DNA from: Thermoproteota archaeon
GTDB taxonomy: Archaea > Korarchaeota > Korarchaeia > Korarchaeales > Korarchaeaceae
Reading direction: 5' to 3'
Assembly: GCA_027492205.1 (NCBI GenBank)
Contig: JAOZFN010000010.1
Location: 61,924-125,923, forward strand
DNA length: 64,000 nucleotides
Part shown: in pieces, positions 38,390-49,207 of the stretch
How positions within the stretch are numbered: position 1 is the stretch's first letter
Layout: each line of letters starts with the position of its first letter
The notes under the pieces: generated by a model
Databases searched by the model: none
What the model saw: only the letters and a program-made list of their open reading frames with translations
Told to the model about the DNA's origin: nothing
Translations under genes and position numbers: made by a program

Positions 38390-39503
38390 TGTCATGAGGC
38401 TCGACCTGAGGCGGTACGCAAAGCCCCTGGCGGAGTCCGCCCTGTCGGTGCTGATAGGAGTCGCGGTCGGGACCCTGCTGGTGATCCTCGCCGGCTACAG
38501 CCCGGTGGTGTTCTTCAAGGCGCTGTTCGGCGGGGCGTTCAGGAGCAGGAACGCCTTCTTGGACACGCTGAGCTACATGGTACCCCTGACGCTGACGGCA
38601 ATCTCCTTCGCGGTCGCTGCGAGGGCCTCTGTGTTCAACATAGGCGCGGAGGGTCAGATGTACATTGGGGCGCTCGTGGCGAACGCCATAGGGGTTATGG
38701 CACTCCCCAACGGGGCGCACCAGGTCGTCGCGATACTGGCGGCGTTCCTCGCGGGAGGCCTCTGGGGCTGGATCGCCGGCATCCTGAAGGCCAAGAGGCA
38801 GGTAAACGAGGTGGTCTCGACCATAATGCTCAACTGGCTCGCCTTCTACCTCGTGAACTACGTCGCCACCTACCACCTCTACGATCCGAAGGCCCCCTAC
38901 AAGACGGAGTACGTCAGGGAGACCGCGAGGCTGCCGGAGCTCATTCCGAGGACCTCCCTGACGCTAGACTGGGTTCTCACGATACTCATAGCCTTCCTCA
39001 TGTTCTTCCTGGTCTGGAAGACGTCGCTCGGATACGAGATAAGGGCCACGGGGATAAACCCGACCGCCGCGGAGTACGGGGGCGTGGACCCATCCAAGGT
39101 TATCTCAATCTCGATGTTCCTCAGCGGGGGGGCCGGCGGCCTGGCCGGGGCCTTCCTGGTGCTGGGGAGGTTCGGGTTCATCACGACCACGCTGACCAAC
39201 ATACTAAACTGGGGCTTCGACGGCATAGCGGTCTCGCTGGTCGGGAGGAACCACCCGATCGGCATACTGTTCTCCGCCCTGTTCTTCGCCCTCCTCTACA
39301 ACGGGGCCCTGGAGGTTCAGGTCGCCACTGCGACCGGAGGGAAGACGGGAGTGCCGATAGAGCTCGTCCTGGCCGTCATGGGGATCATAGTCATCGCCGT
39401 CGCGGTTCCTGGCCTGTGGGACATGGTCCAGGAGAGGCTCCTCCTCAGGAGGAAGAGGGTGGAGGTCCGGGGGGAGGCGGCCGGGACAGTGGGAGGTGAG
39501 TGA
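38382..39503 (+). CDS. Nucleoside ABC permease
   Basis: FNIGAEGQ, NEVVSTIMLN, GFDGIAVSL. Confidence 0.92.
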   Translation: MGDVMRLDLRRYAKPLAESALSVLIGVAVGTLLVILAGYSPVVFFKALFGGAFRSRNAFLDTLSYMVPLTLTAISFAVAARASVFNIGAEGQMYIGALVANAIGVMALPNGAHQVVAILAAFLAGGLWGWIAGILKAKRQVNEVVSTIMLNWLAFYLVNYVATYHLYDPKAPYKTEYVRETARLPELIPRTSLTLDWVLTILIAFLMFFLVWKTSLGYEIRATGINPTAAEYGGVDPSKVISISMFLSGGAGGLAGAFLVLGRFGFITTTLTNILNWGFDGIAVSLVGRNHPIGILFSALFFALLYNGALEVQVATATGGKTGVPIELVLAVMGIIVIAVAVPGLWDMVQERLLLRRKRVEVRGEAAGTVGGE

Positions 39504-40404
39504 GTTGCAGGTGGCTGAGCTCCTGAGGTTCCTGCTCTACCCCACCTTCTACGCCGGGATGCTGAGGATGATGGTCCCGATAACGCTCGGCGCGGTGGGC
39601 GAGATCATCAGCGAGAGGTCGGGGGTCGTCAACATCGGGCTCGAGGGCATAATGATGCTCGGCGCGCTGGTCTCAACATACGTGGGCCACTTCACGGGCA
39701 GCATGGTCCTGGCGGTGGTGTCTGGCCTGGTCGTGGGCCTGGCGGCCGGGTTCCTCCACGCGGGGATAGCCGTGAACCTGGCGGGCGACCAGATAATCGA
39801 CGGCGTCGGTCTGAACCTGTTCGCCGTGGGCATCGGGGAGGTCCTCCTCTACCTGACCTGGGGCAGCTTCGCCACCAGCCCGCAGCTCCCGCCGGAGGTG
39901 AGGGTTCCGAGCATCCACGGCTTCAGCCCGTTCGTCGTCCTCACCCTCCTGGTCGCAGCGGCGACCTGGGTCGTGGTCGAGAAGACGAGGTGGGGCCTCA
40001 GGCTGAAGGCCGTCGGAGAGGACCCTGTGGCCGCCGAGGCGGCGGGCATAGACGTCTTCAAGGTCAGGACGATCGCGACCGTCGTCGGGTCACTCCTCAC
40101 GGCCAGCGCGGGGGTGTTCCTGTCCCTCGACTGGCTGGGCGCCTACACGAAGAACATCAGCGCCGGCAGGGGCTTCATAGCGCTGGCCCTCGTGGTCTTC
40201 AGCAGGTGGAACCCGCTCACGGCCCTCCTGGGCGGCCTCATATTCGGCTTCCTCTTCCAGCTGAGCCAGTCGATACCCAGCGGCGTCGTCCCGGACCAGA
40301 TACTGTGGGCCCTGCCGTACCTGGTCACCCTGCTGATATCGGCCGGCTTCCTGGCCAAGGCCAGGCCGCCTGGCGCCGTGGGGAGGCCTTACAAGAGGGT
40401 CTGA
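39496..40404 (+). CDS. Nucleoside ABC permease
   Basis: SERSGVVNIGLEG, GRGFIALA, LPY.VT. Confidence 0.92.
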   Translation: MSELQVAELLRFLLYPTFYAGMLRMMVPITLGAVGEIISERSGVVNIGLEGIMMLGALVSTYVGHFTGSMVLAVVSGLVVGLAAGFLHAGIAVNLAGDQIIDGVGLNLFAVGIGEVLLYLTWGSFATSPQLPPEVRVPSIHGFSPFVVLTLLVAAATWVVVEKTRWGLRLKAVGEDPVAAEAAGIDVFKVRTIATVVGSLLTASAGVFLSLDWLGAYTKNISAGRGFIALALVVFSRWNPLTALLGGLIFGFLFQLSQSIPSGVVPDQILWALPYLVTLLISAGFLAKARPPGAVGRPYKRV

Positions 40405-40448
40405 CGGGGGCCTCCCCCGCCTTCCCCTCCACCACTTTCCCCGCGCAC

Positions 40449-42098
40449 TCAGATCTCCTCGCCCGAGCACGCCCTGAGGAAGGCCGTGAAGAGCGGATGC
40501 GGCCTCAGGACCCTGGACTTGAACTCCGGGTGGGCCTGGGTCGCCACGAAGAACGGGTGGTCAGGCAGCTCGATGAACTCGACGAGCCTCCCGTCGGGGG
40601 AGGTCCCGGAGAAGACGAGCCCGCACCCCCTCAGGAGGTCGTGGTACCTGGGGTTCACTTCGTACCTGTGCCTGTGTCTCTCGAAGACCAGGTCCTCGCC
40701 GTAGATCCTGTGCACCAGCGTTCCAGGCCTCAGGACAGCCGGATGCGCGCCCAGCCTCATGGTCCCACCCTTCTCTCCGACCCCCCTCTGCTCCGGCAGG
40801 AGGTCGATCACCGGGTGTGGGGTCTCCGGGTCGATCTCGGTGGAGTTCGCGCCCTCGAGGCCGCAAACGCTCCTGGCGTACTCCACGACGGCGAGCTGGA
40901 GGCCAAAGCACAGGCCCAGGAAGGGTATCCCCTCCTCCCTCGCCACCCCGATGCTCTCCACCTTCCCCTCGGCCCCCCTCCTGCCGAAGCCACCCGGGAC
41001 CACGATTCCCTGGACGCCATCCAGCTCCCTCCTCACGTCTATCAGCCCCCTCTCGACGTCGGACGCCTCGATCCACCTGACGTCCACCCTGAGGGACAGG
41101 TGCATGCTGGCGTGCTCTATCGCCGCCAGGAGCGAGGCGTAGGCGTCCCTCAGGTGCGTGTACTTTCCGACTATGGCCACGGCGACGGACTCCCGGGACG
41201 ACTCCCAACGGTCAAGCAGACGCCTCAGCTCCGCCAGGTCCCCCTCCCCGTGCCCCGGGGCCTGGGACTTGGCCGGGCTCAGCCCGAGGACCTCGGCAAC
41301 ACGCTCCGCGAGCCCCTGCTCCCCCAGCATGAGGGGGACCCTGTAGATCGACCCGACGTCCGGGTCCGAGATCACGTTCTCCTCCCTCACGCCGCAGTAC
41401 AGGGCGATCTTCTGACGGGCCTTCGGCTCCAGCGGCCTCCTGGACCTGGCCACTATGACGTCAGGGTCTATCCCCATGGACCTGAGCACCGAGACCGAGT
41501 GCTGGGTTGGCTTGGTCTTCTGCTCTCCGGAGGGGAGCTCGGGCACCAGGGTGACGTGCACGAAGGCGAAGTTCTCCCTGCCGAGCTCGTTGGAGAGCTG
41601 GCGAATCGCCTCTATGAAGTAGGCGTTCTCGATGTCGCCGACAGTCCCGCCCACCTCGACTATGACCACGTCCGCACCCTGCTCCTCGGCCACCCTCAGG
41701 ATCCACCGCTTCGCCTCGCCCGTCACGTGGGGTATGAACTGGACCGTCTTGCCGAGGTACTCCCCCCGCCTCTCCTTCGAGATGACGCTCAGCAGGAGCT
41801 TGCCCGAGGTTATGTTGTTGTCCCCCTTCAGCGTCACGTCCATGAACCTCTCGTAGGTCCCGAGGTCCATGTCGCACTCGGTCCCGTCGTCGAGCACGTA
41901 GACCTCGCCGTGCTCGTACGGGTTCATCGTGCCCGCGTCGACGTTGAGGTAGCCGTCGAACTTGATGGGCGTCACCCTGAGGCCCCTGGACTTCAGGAGC
42001 ATCCCCAGGCTGGCCGCGACCAGGCCCTTGCCCAGCCCGGACAGCACCCCACCCGTGATCACGACGAACTTCGGCGCGCCGCCGCTCAACGAGCACAC
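40449..42098 (-). CDS. pyrG: CTP synthase
   Basis: GGVLSGLGKG, KTKPTQHSV, GLCFG, ERHRHRYE, HPEF. Confidence 0.98.
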   Translation of the reverse strand: MCSLSGGAPKFVVITGGVLSGLGKGLVAASLGMLLKSRGLRVTPIKFDGYLNVDAGTMNPYEHGEVYVLDDGTECDMDLGTYERFMDVTLKGDNNITSGKLLLSVISKERRGEYLGKTVQFIPHVTGEAKRWILRVAEEQGADVVIVEVGGTVGDIENAYFIEAIRQLSNELGRENFAFVHVTLVPELPSGEQKTKPTQHSVSVLRSMGIDPDVIVARSRRPLEPKARQKIALYCGVREENVISDPDVGSIYRVPLMLGEQGLAERVAEVLGLSPAKSQAPGHGEGDLAELRRLLDRWESSRESVAVAIVGKYTHLRDAYASLLAAIEHASMHLSLRVDVRWIEASDVERGLIDVRRELDGVQGIVVPGGFGRRGAEGKVESIGVAREEGIPFLGLCFGLQLAVVEYARSVCGLEGANSTEIDPETPHPVIDLLPEQRGVGEKGGTMRLGAHPAVLRPGTLVHRIYGEDLVFERHRHRYEVNPRYHDLLRGCGLVFSGTSPDGRLVEFIELPDHPFFVATQAHPEFKSRVLRPHPLFTAFLRACSGEEI

Positions 42099-42309
42099 TC
42101 TGCTCCTGGGCTAGGCTAAAAGCGGCCCGAGGGTGACTTCCGATCCGCTGCCGCGGTGCCCGGGGCGGGCGCCCGGCGCCCGGCGCCCGGGGGCCCTTAA
42201 GCGGGTGAGGCCCACTGCCCGCCTCGGGGCTGCGAAGGGTGACCCCCCCGGCCCCTACCGGCCCTGCTTAGAGGGCAGGCGCCGAACCGAACTGGGAGGT
42301 GATTCCTGC

Positions 42310-43008
42310 TTGACCGCCTCGCTTCGCGGGCGCGTCCAAAGGTCAACGCTTTCGACGTTTGTTCCCCTCGCCGCCCTGACCGTCGCGCTGACGGCGCCCG
42401 GGGCCTCCGCCCTCTAGCAGACAGAGGCCCCCAAGGTGACCGTGGTCCTCGCGCCCTACGGCGACGGCTGGGTCGACGTGATCATAGGGGCGAAGCTGCC
42501 GGAGGAGGCCTTCGTCGTGCTCCCGCTGCTCGGGGATCCTGACGCCGTCCTCGTGACCAGCGGCGACGGCGTCCCCCTGAGTTGCACGATCGGGGACGGG
42601 GCGGTGGTGGTCGAGGCAATGGGCGAGCGAGAGTTCGTCGTGTCCTACCAGACGCCCGACCTGGTGAAGAGAGTGAGGGGCGTCTGGGAACTCTCAGTGG
42701 ACGTCCCGACGGCCTCCAGGCTCGAGGTCCGCCTGGCAGCCGACGCGGTGATAGTGGGCCTCTCGCCCGTGCCAGCGGAGGTCGAGAGGGGTTCCAACGC
42801 CCTGACGATCACCTTCGACTCGGGGACGGCCAACGTCACCTACGCCCTCGCCAACTCCCAAGATGGGAGCTCGGCGCATTCGGCCGCGAACCCCTCTGGC
42901 TCGCAGGCCGTCGAGGGGGCCGCTTCGGGGGCGTCTCCTTACGCAGTGGCAGGGTTGGCCGCCGCGGTCGCCCTCGTCGCCCTCCTGGCGGCCGGTAGGA
43001 GGGGGTGA
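42310..43008 (+). pseudogene. Surface protein paralogous to 8249-9135, interrupted by an in-frame TAG after its signal peptide
   Basis: GGAGGTGA RBS, TTG 42310, signal ..PGASAL, TAG 42415-42417, then in frame QTEAPKVTVV..DGWVDV..YQTPDL..GVW..IVGLS.VP and a C-terminal TM. Confidence 0.72.
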
Positions 43009-43233
43009 CCATCCCCTCCCGTGCCCTTTCTTTGGATCCCGCCCGGCGGTTGGGCTGCGCCCCTCGGGGTCGTGGGGCCGCTCTCAGCGCGGGAAGGGGG
43101 GTGTCCCCTCTGAGGAGGGCCCCGCTTCCCCCAGCTTATTCGGGGGTGCTTAGTCCCATCCCGATCGAAGCGCTCAAACCGCCCTCGGTGGAATCCGCGC
43201 CTCGCCGCGTCGAGGCAGATCGGGCCGCGGCCG

Positions 43234-43545
43234 CTACACCTCCCTGCACTCTCCCTTCACGAACCTCAGGTACCAGCCCCTCCAGGACTCCTCGCTCACC
43301 ACGTGCACTTCGAAGGGGTGGAAGAGGCCCAGCCTCTCCCTGAGCTCCGCCCTGAACGTGGCCCTCTCGGACTCCGTGGGCCCCCTGTCAAGGACCACGG
43401 CGACGTCTATGTCGCTGAGCGCCGTGGTCCCCCCTCAGGGTGCTCCCGAACAGGTAGACCCTCACCCCAGGCCCAAAGCGCTCTCGGGCGAGGTCCCTTA
43501 TCGCGACGAGGTGCCTCCTCAGGCTCCGCCTTTAGGCCTCCACCA
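43234..43545 (-). pseudogene. Minimal nucleotidyltransferase (MNT) remnant
   Basis: Manual translation: RVYLFGSTLRG, frameshift in a G run at about 43430, TTALSDIDVAVV...HPFEVHVV..WY..F; also in-frame TAA near the 5' end. Confidence 0.75.
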
Positions 43546-43943
43546 CCTCCGCCGACCCTGGGCGTTAAGATCGCTGGCCGCGGCCGCGGGGCGGGGTGGG
43601 GCCCACCCCGCCCCACCCGGAACTCCGGCGCCCTTGGCAGCTCCACGAGGTACAACCACACCTCCCTCGGCAGCCTGCCCCTATTCAGCCTCCTGACCTC
43701 CTCCAGCCACTCGTCAACGCTGTCGAAGCCGCTCAGCAACACGTAGTCCTCGAGCTTGTCCCTGTCCTCCGGCAGCCTTAGGCGGCCCCACTCCGTCACG
43801 GTGACCTCGAGCGTCGCCGGGAGGTCCCTGCGGATCTTGACCCCGTGCCTCCCCCCGCTCCTCCTCCTGGCCCTGAGAGTGAGGACGAAGCCGTGCCGGT
43901 GAAGAAACTCAAGCGCCCTGGCGCTCTTGAAGTAGATCACCAA
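43407..43943 (-). CDS. ASCH/PUA-like protein (C-terminal third is probably run-on)
   Basis: IYF...L...G.V.TLR, SGFDSVDEWLEE, WLYLV. Confidence 0.55.
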   Translation of the reverse strand: MVIYFKSARALEFLHRHGFVLTLRARRRSGGRHGVKIRRDLPATLEVTVTEWGRLRLPEDRDKLEDYVLLSGFDSVDEWLEEVRRLNRGRLPREVWLYLVELPRAPEFRVGRGGPHPAPRPRPAILTPRVGGGGGGLKAEPEEAPRRDKGPRPRALWAWGEGLPVREHPEGGPRRSAT

Positions 43944-44104
43944 GCCGCCGGCCCCCCGATCCGACGTCCGCGGTCGGCCTCATGAGCGTTGCGGCGGGTT
44001 CCGGGATCGAGTCACAATGTAACCCGCGCGGGGGAGGGCCCTCCCGACCTTCTTTCTCATATTATGTCGCATCTTTATATATAAGCGAAGTGAATTGGAA
44101 CTAG

Positions 44105-44962
44105 ATGCTCACGGGGGCTGGCATGAGGGCGCTCCGGGCCGTGGCCGTGGAGGGGGCCTCGAGCCCGAGGGAGGTGGCCCGGCTCCTGGGCCTCAGCGTG
44201 AGGCAGGCTCAGAGGCTGCTAGGGAGGCTCGAGCGCGAGGGCCTCGTCGAGAGGGAGAGGGGCGCCGTCCGGCTCGCCAGGACGCAGCACGCCCTCGCCC
44301 TCGCCAGGCTCCTGGCCGGGGGGCTGGAGTGGGGGAGCCCCGCCTCCCTCCTCCTCACGGGCCCCGGGTTGAGGATCTCCCTGGCCTCCCCCAGGCCCCT
44401 GGACCTGGGCCAGGTGCTCAGGCTGTCCGGCCTGCCGAGGTCCACCTTCTACCGCGTGCTCCCCCGGATGGTGGACTCCGGCTGGCTGCTGGAGGTGGGG
44501 CCGAGGCTCTACGTCTCCTTCGCCTGGGCCGGAGGGGGATCCGCTGGCGACCTGGCGGACGTGGTGAGGGGGTACGCCTCCTTCCTCGCGTTGAGGTTCT
44601 CCAGGCCCGGGGCTGTCGTGCTCTGGACTAACGGGGATCGTGCCGTTGTGAGGGCCAGGGCGGGCTTCTCGGAGGGGGAGCCCACGGCGTTCTCGGCCTT
44701 CCCGAAGTTCGGGATTCCGGTGCTCCTGCCCGAGTCCAGGGAGTACGCCCTGCCCAAGAGGGGGCTGGGCCCGCAGGAGGTGTTCGACCACGCCTGCCTG
44801 CTGGCGGACGACTACAGGCTGAGGGCGCTCTGCCTCGCCTTCTACTCGAGGAACAGGCGGCTCCTGGCCAGGCACGAGGCCTTCGAGAGGGTCCTGCGGG
44901 GGGAGGAGCTGGAGGGCTGGCCTACTCCGGGGGAGCTGAGGGGGATCGGGGTGGTCTCTTGA
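44105..44962 (+). CDS. Tandem-HTH protein, putative type IV TA antitoxin/regulator
   Basis: Two wHTH motifs (SPREVARLLGLSVRQA; LSGLPRSTFYR), TAFSAF..FGI; strong TTTATATA promoter at 44074; coupled to NTase gene. Confidence 0.7.
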   Translation: MLTGAGMRALRAVAVEGASSPREVARLLGLSVRQAQRLLGRLEREGLVERERGAVRLARTQHALALARLLAGGLEWGSPASLLLTGPGLRISLASPRPLDLGQVLRLSGLPRSTFYRVLPRMVDSGWLLEVGPRLYVSFAWAGGGSAGDLADVVRGYASFLALRFSRPGAVVLWTNGDRAVVRARAGFSEGEPTAFSAFPKFGIPVLLPESREYALPKRGLGPQEVFDHACLLADDYRLRALCLAFYSRNRRLLARHEAFERVLRGEELEGWPTPGELRGIGVVS

Positions 44963-45618
44963 GGGCCTGGGGGGCCGGGGATCTTGCTCGCCTGCTTGAG
45001 GGTGTAGCGGAGAGGTACGAGGCCCTAGCAACTAGGGCCTACGCGCTCAGAGGGACCGCTCTGACCCTCCTGGGCCTCAAGGCCTCCACGCTCGACGTCG
45101 ACCTGGCGTTCGAGGGCTGGGGTGGCGTCAGGGCGTTCGCCTCGGCGCTGAGGTACTCGGGCCTGGAGGAGCTGTCGGGCCTCGAGGTGTCCGAGGACGA
45201 GCGCGCGGGCCTGGCCGTCGCCGAGTCCAGGAGGGCGGGGGTCAGGTTCGACCTCTACGCCGGGAGGGTGATGGCCGCCGCGATCTCACCCGGCATGGTG
45301 GAGAGGAGCGTTGACTACGCGAGCCTGGGCTGGCTTGAGCTCAGGGTTCTCTCCCTGGAGGACGTTGCCCTGCTCAAGCTGGCCGCAGGGAGGGAGAAGG
45401 ACAGGGAGGACCTGGTCGCGGCTCTGAGGGTCAGGAGGGTAGACTGGGACGTGGTCGCATCGGAGCTTGACTGGCAGGCGGCCAACTCCCCGAGGGGGGA
45501 GGAGCTGCTCTCCAAGGTGTCGGCCTCCCTGCGGGAGTGGCGGGACGTGCCGGCTCTCCACTGGATCAGGGGCAGGCTGGGGCTTCGGGACCCCTCCCCC
45601 GACGCCGAGGGGCGCTAG
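44959..45618 (+). CDS. DUF6036/AbiEii-like nucleotidyltransferase
   Basis: GTAL...G.K.ST.DVD, EDVALLK..AGREKD..D. Confidence 0.78.
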   Translation: MRAWGAGDLARLLEGVAERYEALATRAYALRGTALTLLGLKASTLDVDLAFEGWGGVRAFASALRYSGLEELSGLEVSEDERAGLAVAESRRAGVRFDLYAGRVMAAAISPGMVERSVDYASLGWLELRVLSLEDVALLKLAAGREKDREDLVAALRVRRVDWDVVASELDWQAANSPRGEELLSKVSASLREWRDVPALHWIRGRLGLRDPSPDAEGR

Positions 45619-45792
45619 GCGGACCCGAGCGTAGCTGGCCCTCATGAACGTTGAGGCGGCGCGGAGGGGTCGTTGACCGATGGCGGTCAACGATCCTCCG
45701 AGGGACCTGCGCCTCTGCGCGGTCGCGTGGGGGGAACCCGCTGGGACGGCACACTTAATAGGCGAGAGGACCCGCGCCGAGGTGAAGGAGGG

Positions 45793-46056
45793 ATGGTTGA
45801 GACGTCCCTGCTGGAGCTCGACCTGAGGAGGGTCCTGAGGAGGGTCGAGGAGCTCAGCGGGGTGCGACTGCCGGAGTCGGTCTTGGAGGTCTCCCTGGAG
45901 CCCGACCTCGGGCTCCTCTGCGTGAGGTTCGGGAGGCCCAAGGGGGAGGAGCTCGGAGAGCCCGTGCACCTCGGAATCCACCTATTCAGGGACTCCGAGA
46001 CCGGAGAGATAACCGCTGTGGAGGTGCTCGAGCCTAGCAAGCTCTTGAACGAATAA
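45793..46056 (+). CDS. DUF2283-like small protein
   Basis: D..LLCVRF, GI.L..D..TGEITAVEVL; GGAGGG RBS. Confidence 0.65.
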   Translation: MVETSLLELDLRRVLRRVEELSGVRLPESVLEVSLEPDLGLLCVRFGRPKGEELGEPVHLGIHLFRDSETGEITAVEVLEPSKLLNE

Positions 46057-46171
46057 GGAGCTTCGAATCGACTTTTTTCTGAGAGGCGCCTTTACATCTC
46101 CGCGAGAGGAACGAGAGAGTGAGTCTTCTCTTTCACGGCCGGGCGGGCCGCCGGCGGACTGCGCGACCTAC

Positions 46172-46336
46172 GACGTATACGACTGCGCGTACCTCGCCCT
46201 GGCCCTGCAGGAGGGGGCCTCGGCCATAGTCACCATGGACACGGACTTCGAGCGCCTCGCCCCGGCGGTCGGGCTGAGGTACGAGAACCCGGTCCCGCCC
46301 GAGGTCTTGAGGAGGTTCACGGCCTTCGGCCGGTGA
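46172..46336 (+). pseudogene. 3' fragment of a PIN-domain (VapC) toxin
   Basis: Manual translation DVYDCAYLALALQEGASAIVTMDTDFERL...ENP; no 5' half or start. Confidence 0.75.
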
Positions 46337-46459
46337 GTCGGGACAGGCATCCGGACCCTCCTCCCTCGTCTTTCTGGAGTCACCTCTCCCCCCTCGGTTC
46401 CCTGATACTTCTCCTTTATGTGACGTGGCGGGGCAGGAGGAAGGTGGGAGGCGAAGGCC

Positions 46460-47199
46460 GTGGGTAAGAGGAAGATTTCCCTCTTTGATCTGTTCCTCTG
46501 GGTTCTCTACGCGATCGCGTGGATCATAGTCCTAGGGACTGGGTGGCTGCACGCCGCGTTTCCAGTGGAACGGGTTCCGCCTACCTTCACATCCTTTTCC
46601 CTCACGCTGGCTCTCGTTCTAGTCGCAGCAGGAGTTGGGGGAGCCTTGGGGTCTTGGCTGAGGGTGGGTCGCCTGAAGGCCATGGCCCTCCTGCTTACTC
46701 TCCTAGTGATAGGAAGTGGAGCCTACGCGATGATTGCTTCCCCCGCTCCGCGGCTATTTGTTCTTCACGAGGCGGACGGAGTGAACGGGATTCTGGAGGA
46801 AGGCATCCACACGCTGAGTGGCGGGAAACTCGCGGTGTTGTACGCCGCCGAGCCAGAGACAGATGCCTATGTGGCGTTCGACTGGGGCAAATCTCCCTCG
46901 TGCGACTTCCCCCAGATGAAGAGCAACTTGGCTGGAATTCCGCAGAACTGGACTGTCGGAGAGATAGCGTTGACCGAAATACACTCCCAAGTCCGCTTTT
47001 GTGCCAGCGTCGAGGATCGGTTTCTCAAAGAGAGGTACGAGGTCGCGGCACCATTTACCCGCTAGATGAATCCTGGAGGATCAGCCTCCGATACAGCTGG
47101 GAAGATACCGAGGCATCCTTTGCCGTGTGGTTAGCGGCGGCCTCCGTGGTGGCCAGTACCATCCTAGGATATCTAGTTGAGAGAAGGTTGAAGAGTTGA
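46460..47199 (+). CDS. Lower-GC multi-pass membrane protein, apparently frameshifted near 47050
   Basis: Three TM plus a loop in ORF 46460-47065; a C-terminal TM (FAVWLAAASVVASTILGYLVERR) in another frame ending 47199. Confidence 0.55.
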
Positions 47200-47278
47200 A
47201 GAAGTGAGGCTCTAGGCCATGATCACTCCGTCTGCCACGGCCTGGAGGGTGAGAAAAATGGTTGTTAGAGGTCGGCGC

Positions 47279-49207
47279 TCACTCTCCGCCCTCGTAGAGG
47301 GCCTTGAACTCCTCGTACGCCTTCTTGACCTCCTCGACAGAGGCCTCGTCCTCTAGCGTGGTGAGGTCCCCGACCTCCTCCCCAGAGACCACGGCCCTCA
47401 GGACCCTCCTCATGATCTTCCCGCTCCTGGTCTTCGGGAGCCTCTGGACGAAGTGGACCTCGCTTGGCACGTACAAGGGGCTGATCTCCCCGCGTATGAA
47501 CTCCCTGATGGAGTCTCTCAGCTCGGGGCCGGGAGAGAACCCCTCCCTCAGGAGCACGAAGGCCACTGGCGTCTCCCCCTTGACGGGGTGCGGCTTCCCC
47601 ACCACAGCGGCCTCGGCCACCGCCTCGTGGGACACGAGAGCGCTCTCGAGCTCCATAGTGCCGATCCTGTGCCCCGAAACCTTGAGCACCTCGTCGGCCC
47701 TTCCCAGCAGCCAGAAGTATCCGTCCTCGTCTCTCATGGCGTAGTCTCCCGTGTAGTACCACCCGGGGAACTTGGACCAGTAGACCTCCCTGTACCTTAC
47801 GGGGTCCCTGTACACCCCGAGGAGCATGGAGGGCCACGGCCTCTTGATCACCAGGTACCCCCTCACGCCCGGGGGGACGGGATTCCCGCCCTCGTCGACC
47901 ACGTCGGCCTCGACTCCGGGGAGGGGCAGCGTGGCCGACCCGGGCTTCAGCGGCACTAGGGATATCCCGGGGCAGGGGGCGATCATGTTGGCCCCCGTCT
48001 CGGTCTGCCACCATGTGTCCACTATCGGGCACCTCTCGCCCCCTATCACCCTGTAGTACCACCTCCACGCCTCGGGGTTGATGGGCTCGCCCACAGTCCC
48101 CAGAAGCCTCAGGGAGCTGAGGTCGTGCCTCTTCGGCCACTCCTCCCCGTACCTCATGAACATCCTTATCGCGGTGGGCGAGGTGTAGAGCACCGTCACC
48201 CCGTGCCTCTCGACGATGGACCACCACCTGTCCGGCGAGGGGTAGTCCGGGGCGCCCTCGTACATCACGGTCGTGGCCCCGGTGACGAGTGGCCCGTAGA
48301 CGATGTAGCTGTGCCCGGTTATCCACCCGATGTCCGCGGCCGTCCAGAAGATGTCCTCGTCCCTGACGTCGAACACCCACCTCATGGTGGACTCCACGCC
48401 CACCAGGTAACCGCCGGTGCCGTGGACGATCCCCTTGGGCTTGCCCGTCGTGCCGGAGGTGTAGAGGATGAACAGCGGGTGGGTGCTCTCGACGGGCTCG
48501 GGCTCGACGTAGTCGCGGGCCCCCTCCATCAGGTCGTGCCACCAGTAGTCCCTGCCCTCCTGCATCGACACCTCTGAGCCAGTCCTCCTGACGACCACGA
48601 CGGTCTCTATGGACGGGGCCCTGTCGACGGCCTCGTCCGCGATCCTCTTCAGCGGCACGACCTTTCCCCTCCTGTACCCGCCGTCGGCCGTGACCAGGAC
48701 CTTGGCCCTCGAGTCGTTGATCCTGTCGGCGAGGGCCGTCGAGCTGAAGCCCGAGAAGACCACCGTGTGCACGGCGCCGATCCTGGCGCACGCCAGCATA
48801 GCCACCGGCAGCTCGGGGATCATGGGGAGGTAGATTGCCACCCTGTCGCCCTTCCTGACGCCCAGGTCCTTCAGCACGGAGGCGAACCTGTTGACCTCCC
48901 TGTAGAGCCTGTAGTAGGTTATCACCTTCTCGTCGCCGGGCTCTCCCTCCCAGATTATCGCGGCCTTGTTCTTCCTCCAGGTGGCCACGTGCCTGTCGAG
49001 CGCGTTGTGGCTGGCGTTGATCCTCCCGCCGACGAACCACCTGGCGTACGGCGGGTCCCACTCCAGCACCCCGTCCCAGGTCTTGAACCAGTCGAGCCTC
49101 TTGGCCTGCTCCGCCCAGAAGCCCTCTGGGTCTCTCATGGACCTCTCGTACACCTCCTCATATCTCCTGGGCCAGATTCTCGACTCGGTCGGGAGCGGTC
49201 CCTCCAC
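47279..49207 (-). CDS. acs: AMP-forming acetyl-CoA synthetase
   Basis: [37 protein letters not shown]. Confidence 0.97.
   Translation of the reverse strand: MEGPLPTESRIWPRRYEEVYERSMRDPEGFWAEQAKRLDWFKTWDGVLEWDPPYARWFVGGRINASHNALDRHVATWRKNKAAIIWEGEPGDEKVITYYRLYREVNRFASVLKDLGVRKGDRVAIYLPMIPELPVAMLACARIGAVHTVVFSGFSSTALADRINDSRAKVLVTADGGYRRGKVVPLKRIADEAVDRAPSIETVVVVRRTGSEVSMQEGRDYWWHDLMEGARDYVEPEPVESTHPLFILYTSGTTGKPKGIVHGTGGYLVGVESTMRWVFDVRDEDIFWTAADIGWITGHSYIVYGPLVTGATTVMYEGAPDYPSPDRWWSIVERHGVTVLYTSPTAIRMFMRYGEEWPKRHDLSSLRLLGTVGEPINPEAWRWYYRVIGGERCPIVDTWWQTETGANMIAPCPGISLVPLKPGSATLPLPGVEADVVDEGGNPVPPGVRGYLVIKRPWPSMLLGVYRDPVRYREVYWSKFPGWYYTGDYAMRDEDGYFWLLGRADEVLKVSGHRIGTMELESALVSHEAVAEAAVVGKPHPVKGETPVAFVLLREGFSPGPELRDSIREFIRGEISPLYVPSEVHFVQRLPKTRSGKIMRRVLRAVVSGEEVGDLTTLEDEASVEEVKKAYEEFKALYEGGE

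Noticed and set aside
39990-42119. 709-aa plus-strand ORF
   Set aside because: Antisense shadow of pyrG; low-complexity R/G/P sequence with no motifs, expected in high-GC DNA
42150-42290. GC-rich hairpins and (GCGCCCG)x3 upstream of pyrG
   Set aside because: No tRNA, SRP or RNase P motifs; pairing is expected at this GC content
43090-43150. Imperfect inverted repeat, possible MITE
   Set aside because: No target-site duplication or second copy seen in the window
47265-49061. 598-aa same-strand alternate-frame ORF inside acs
   Set aside because: Arg/Gly-rich off-frame product of GC3 bias
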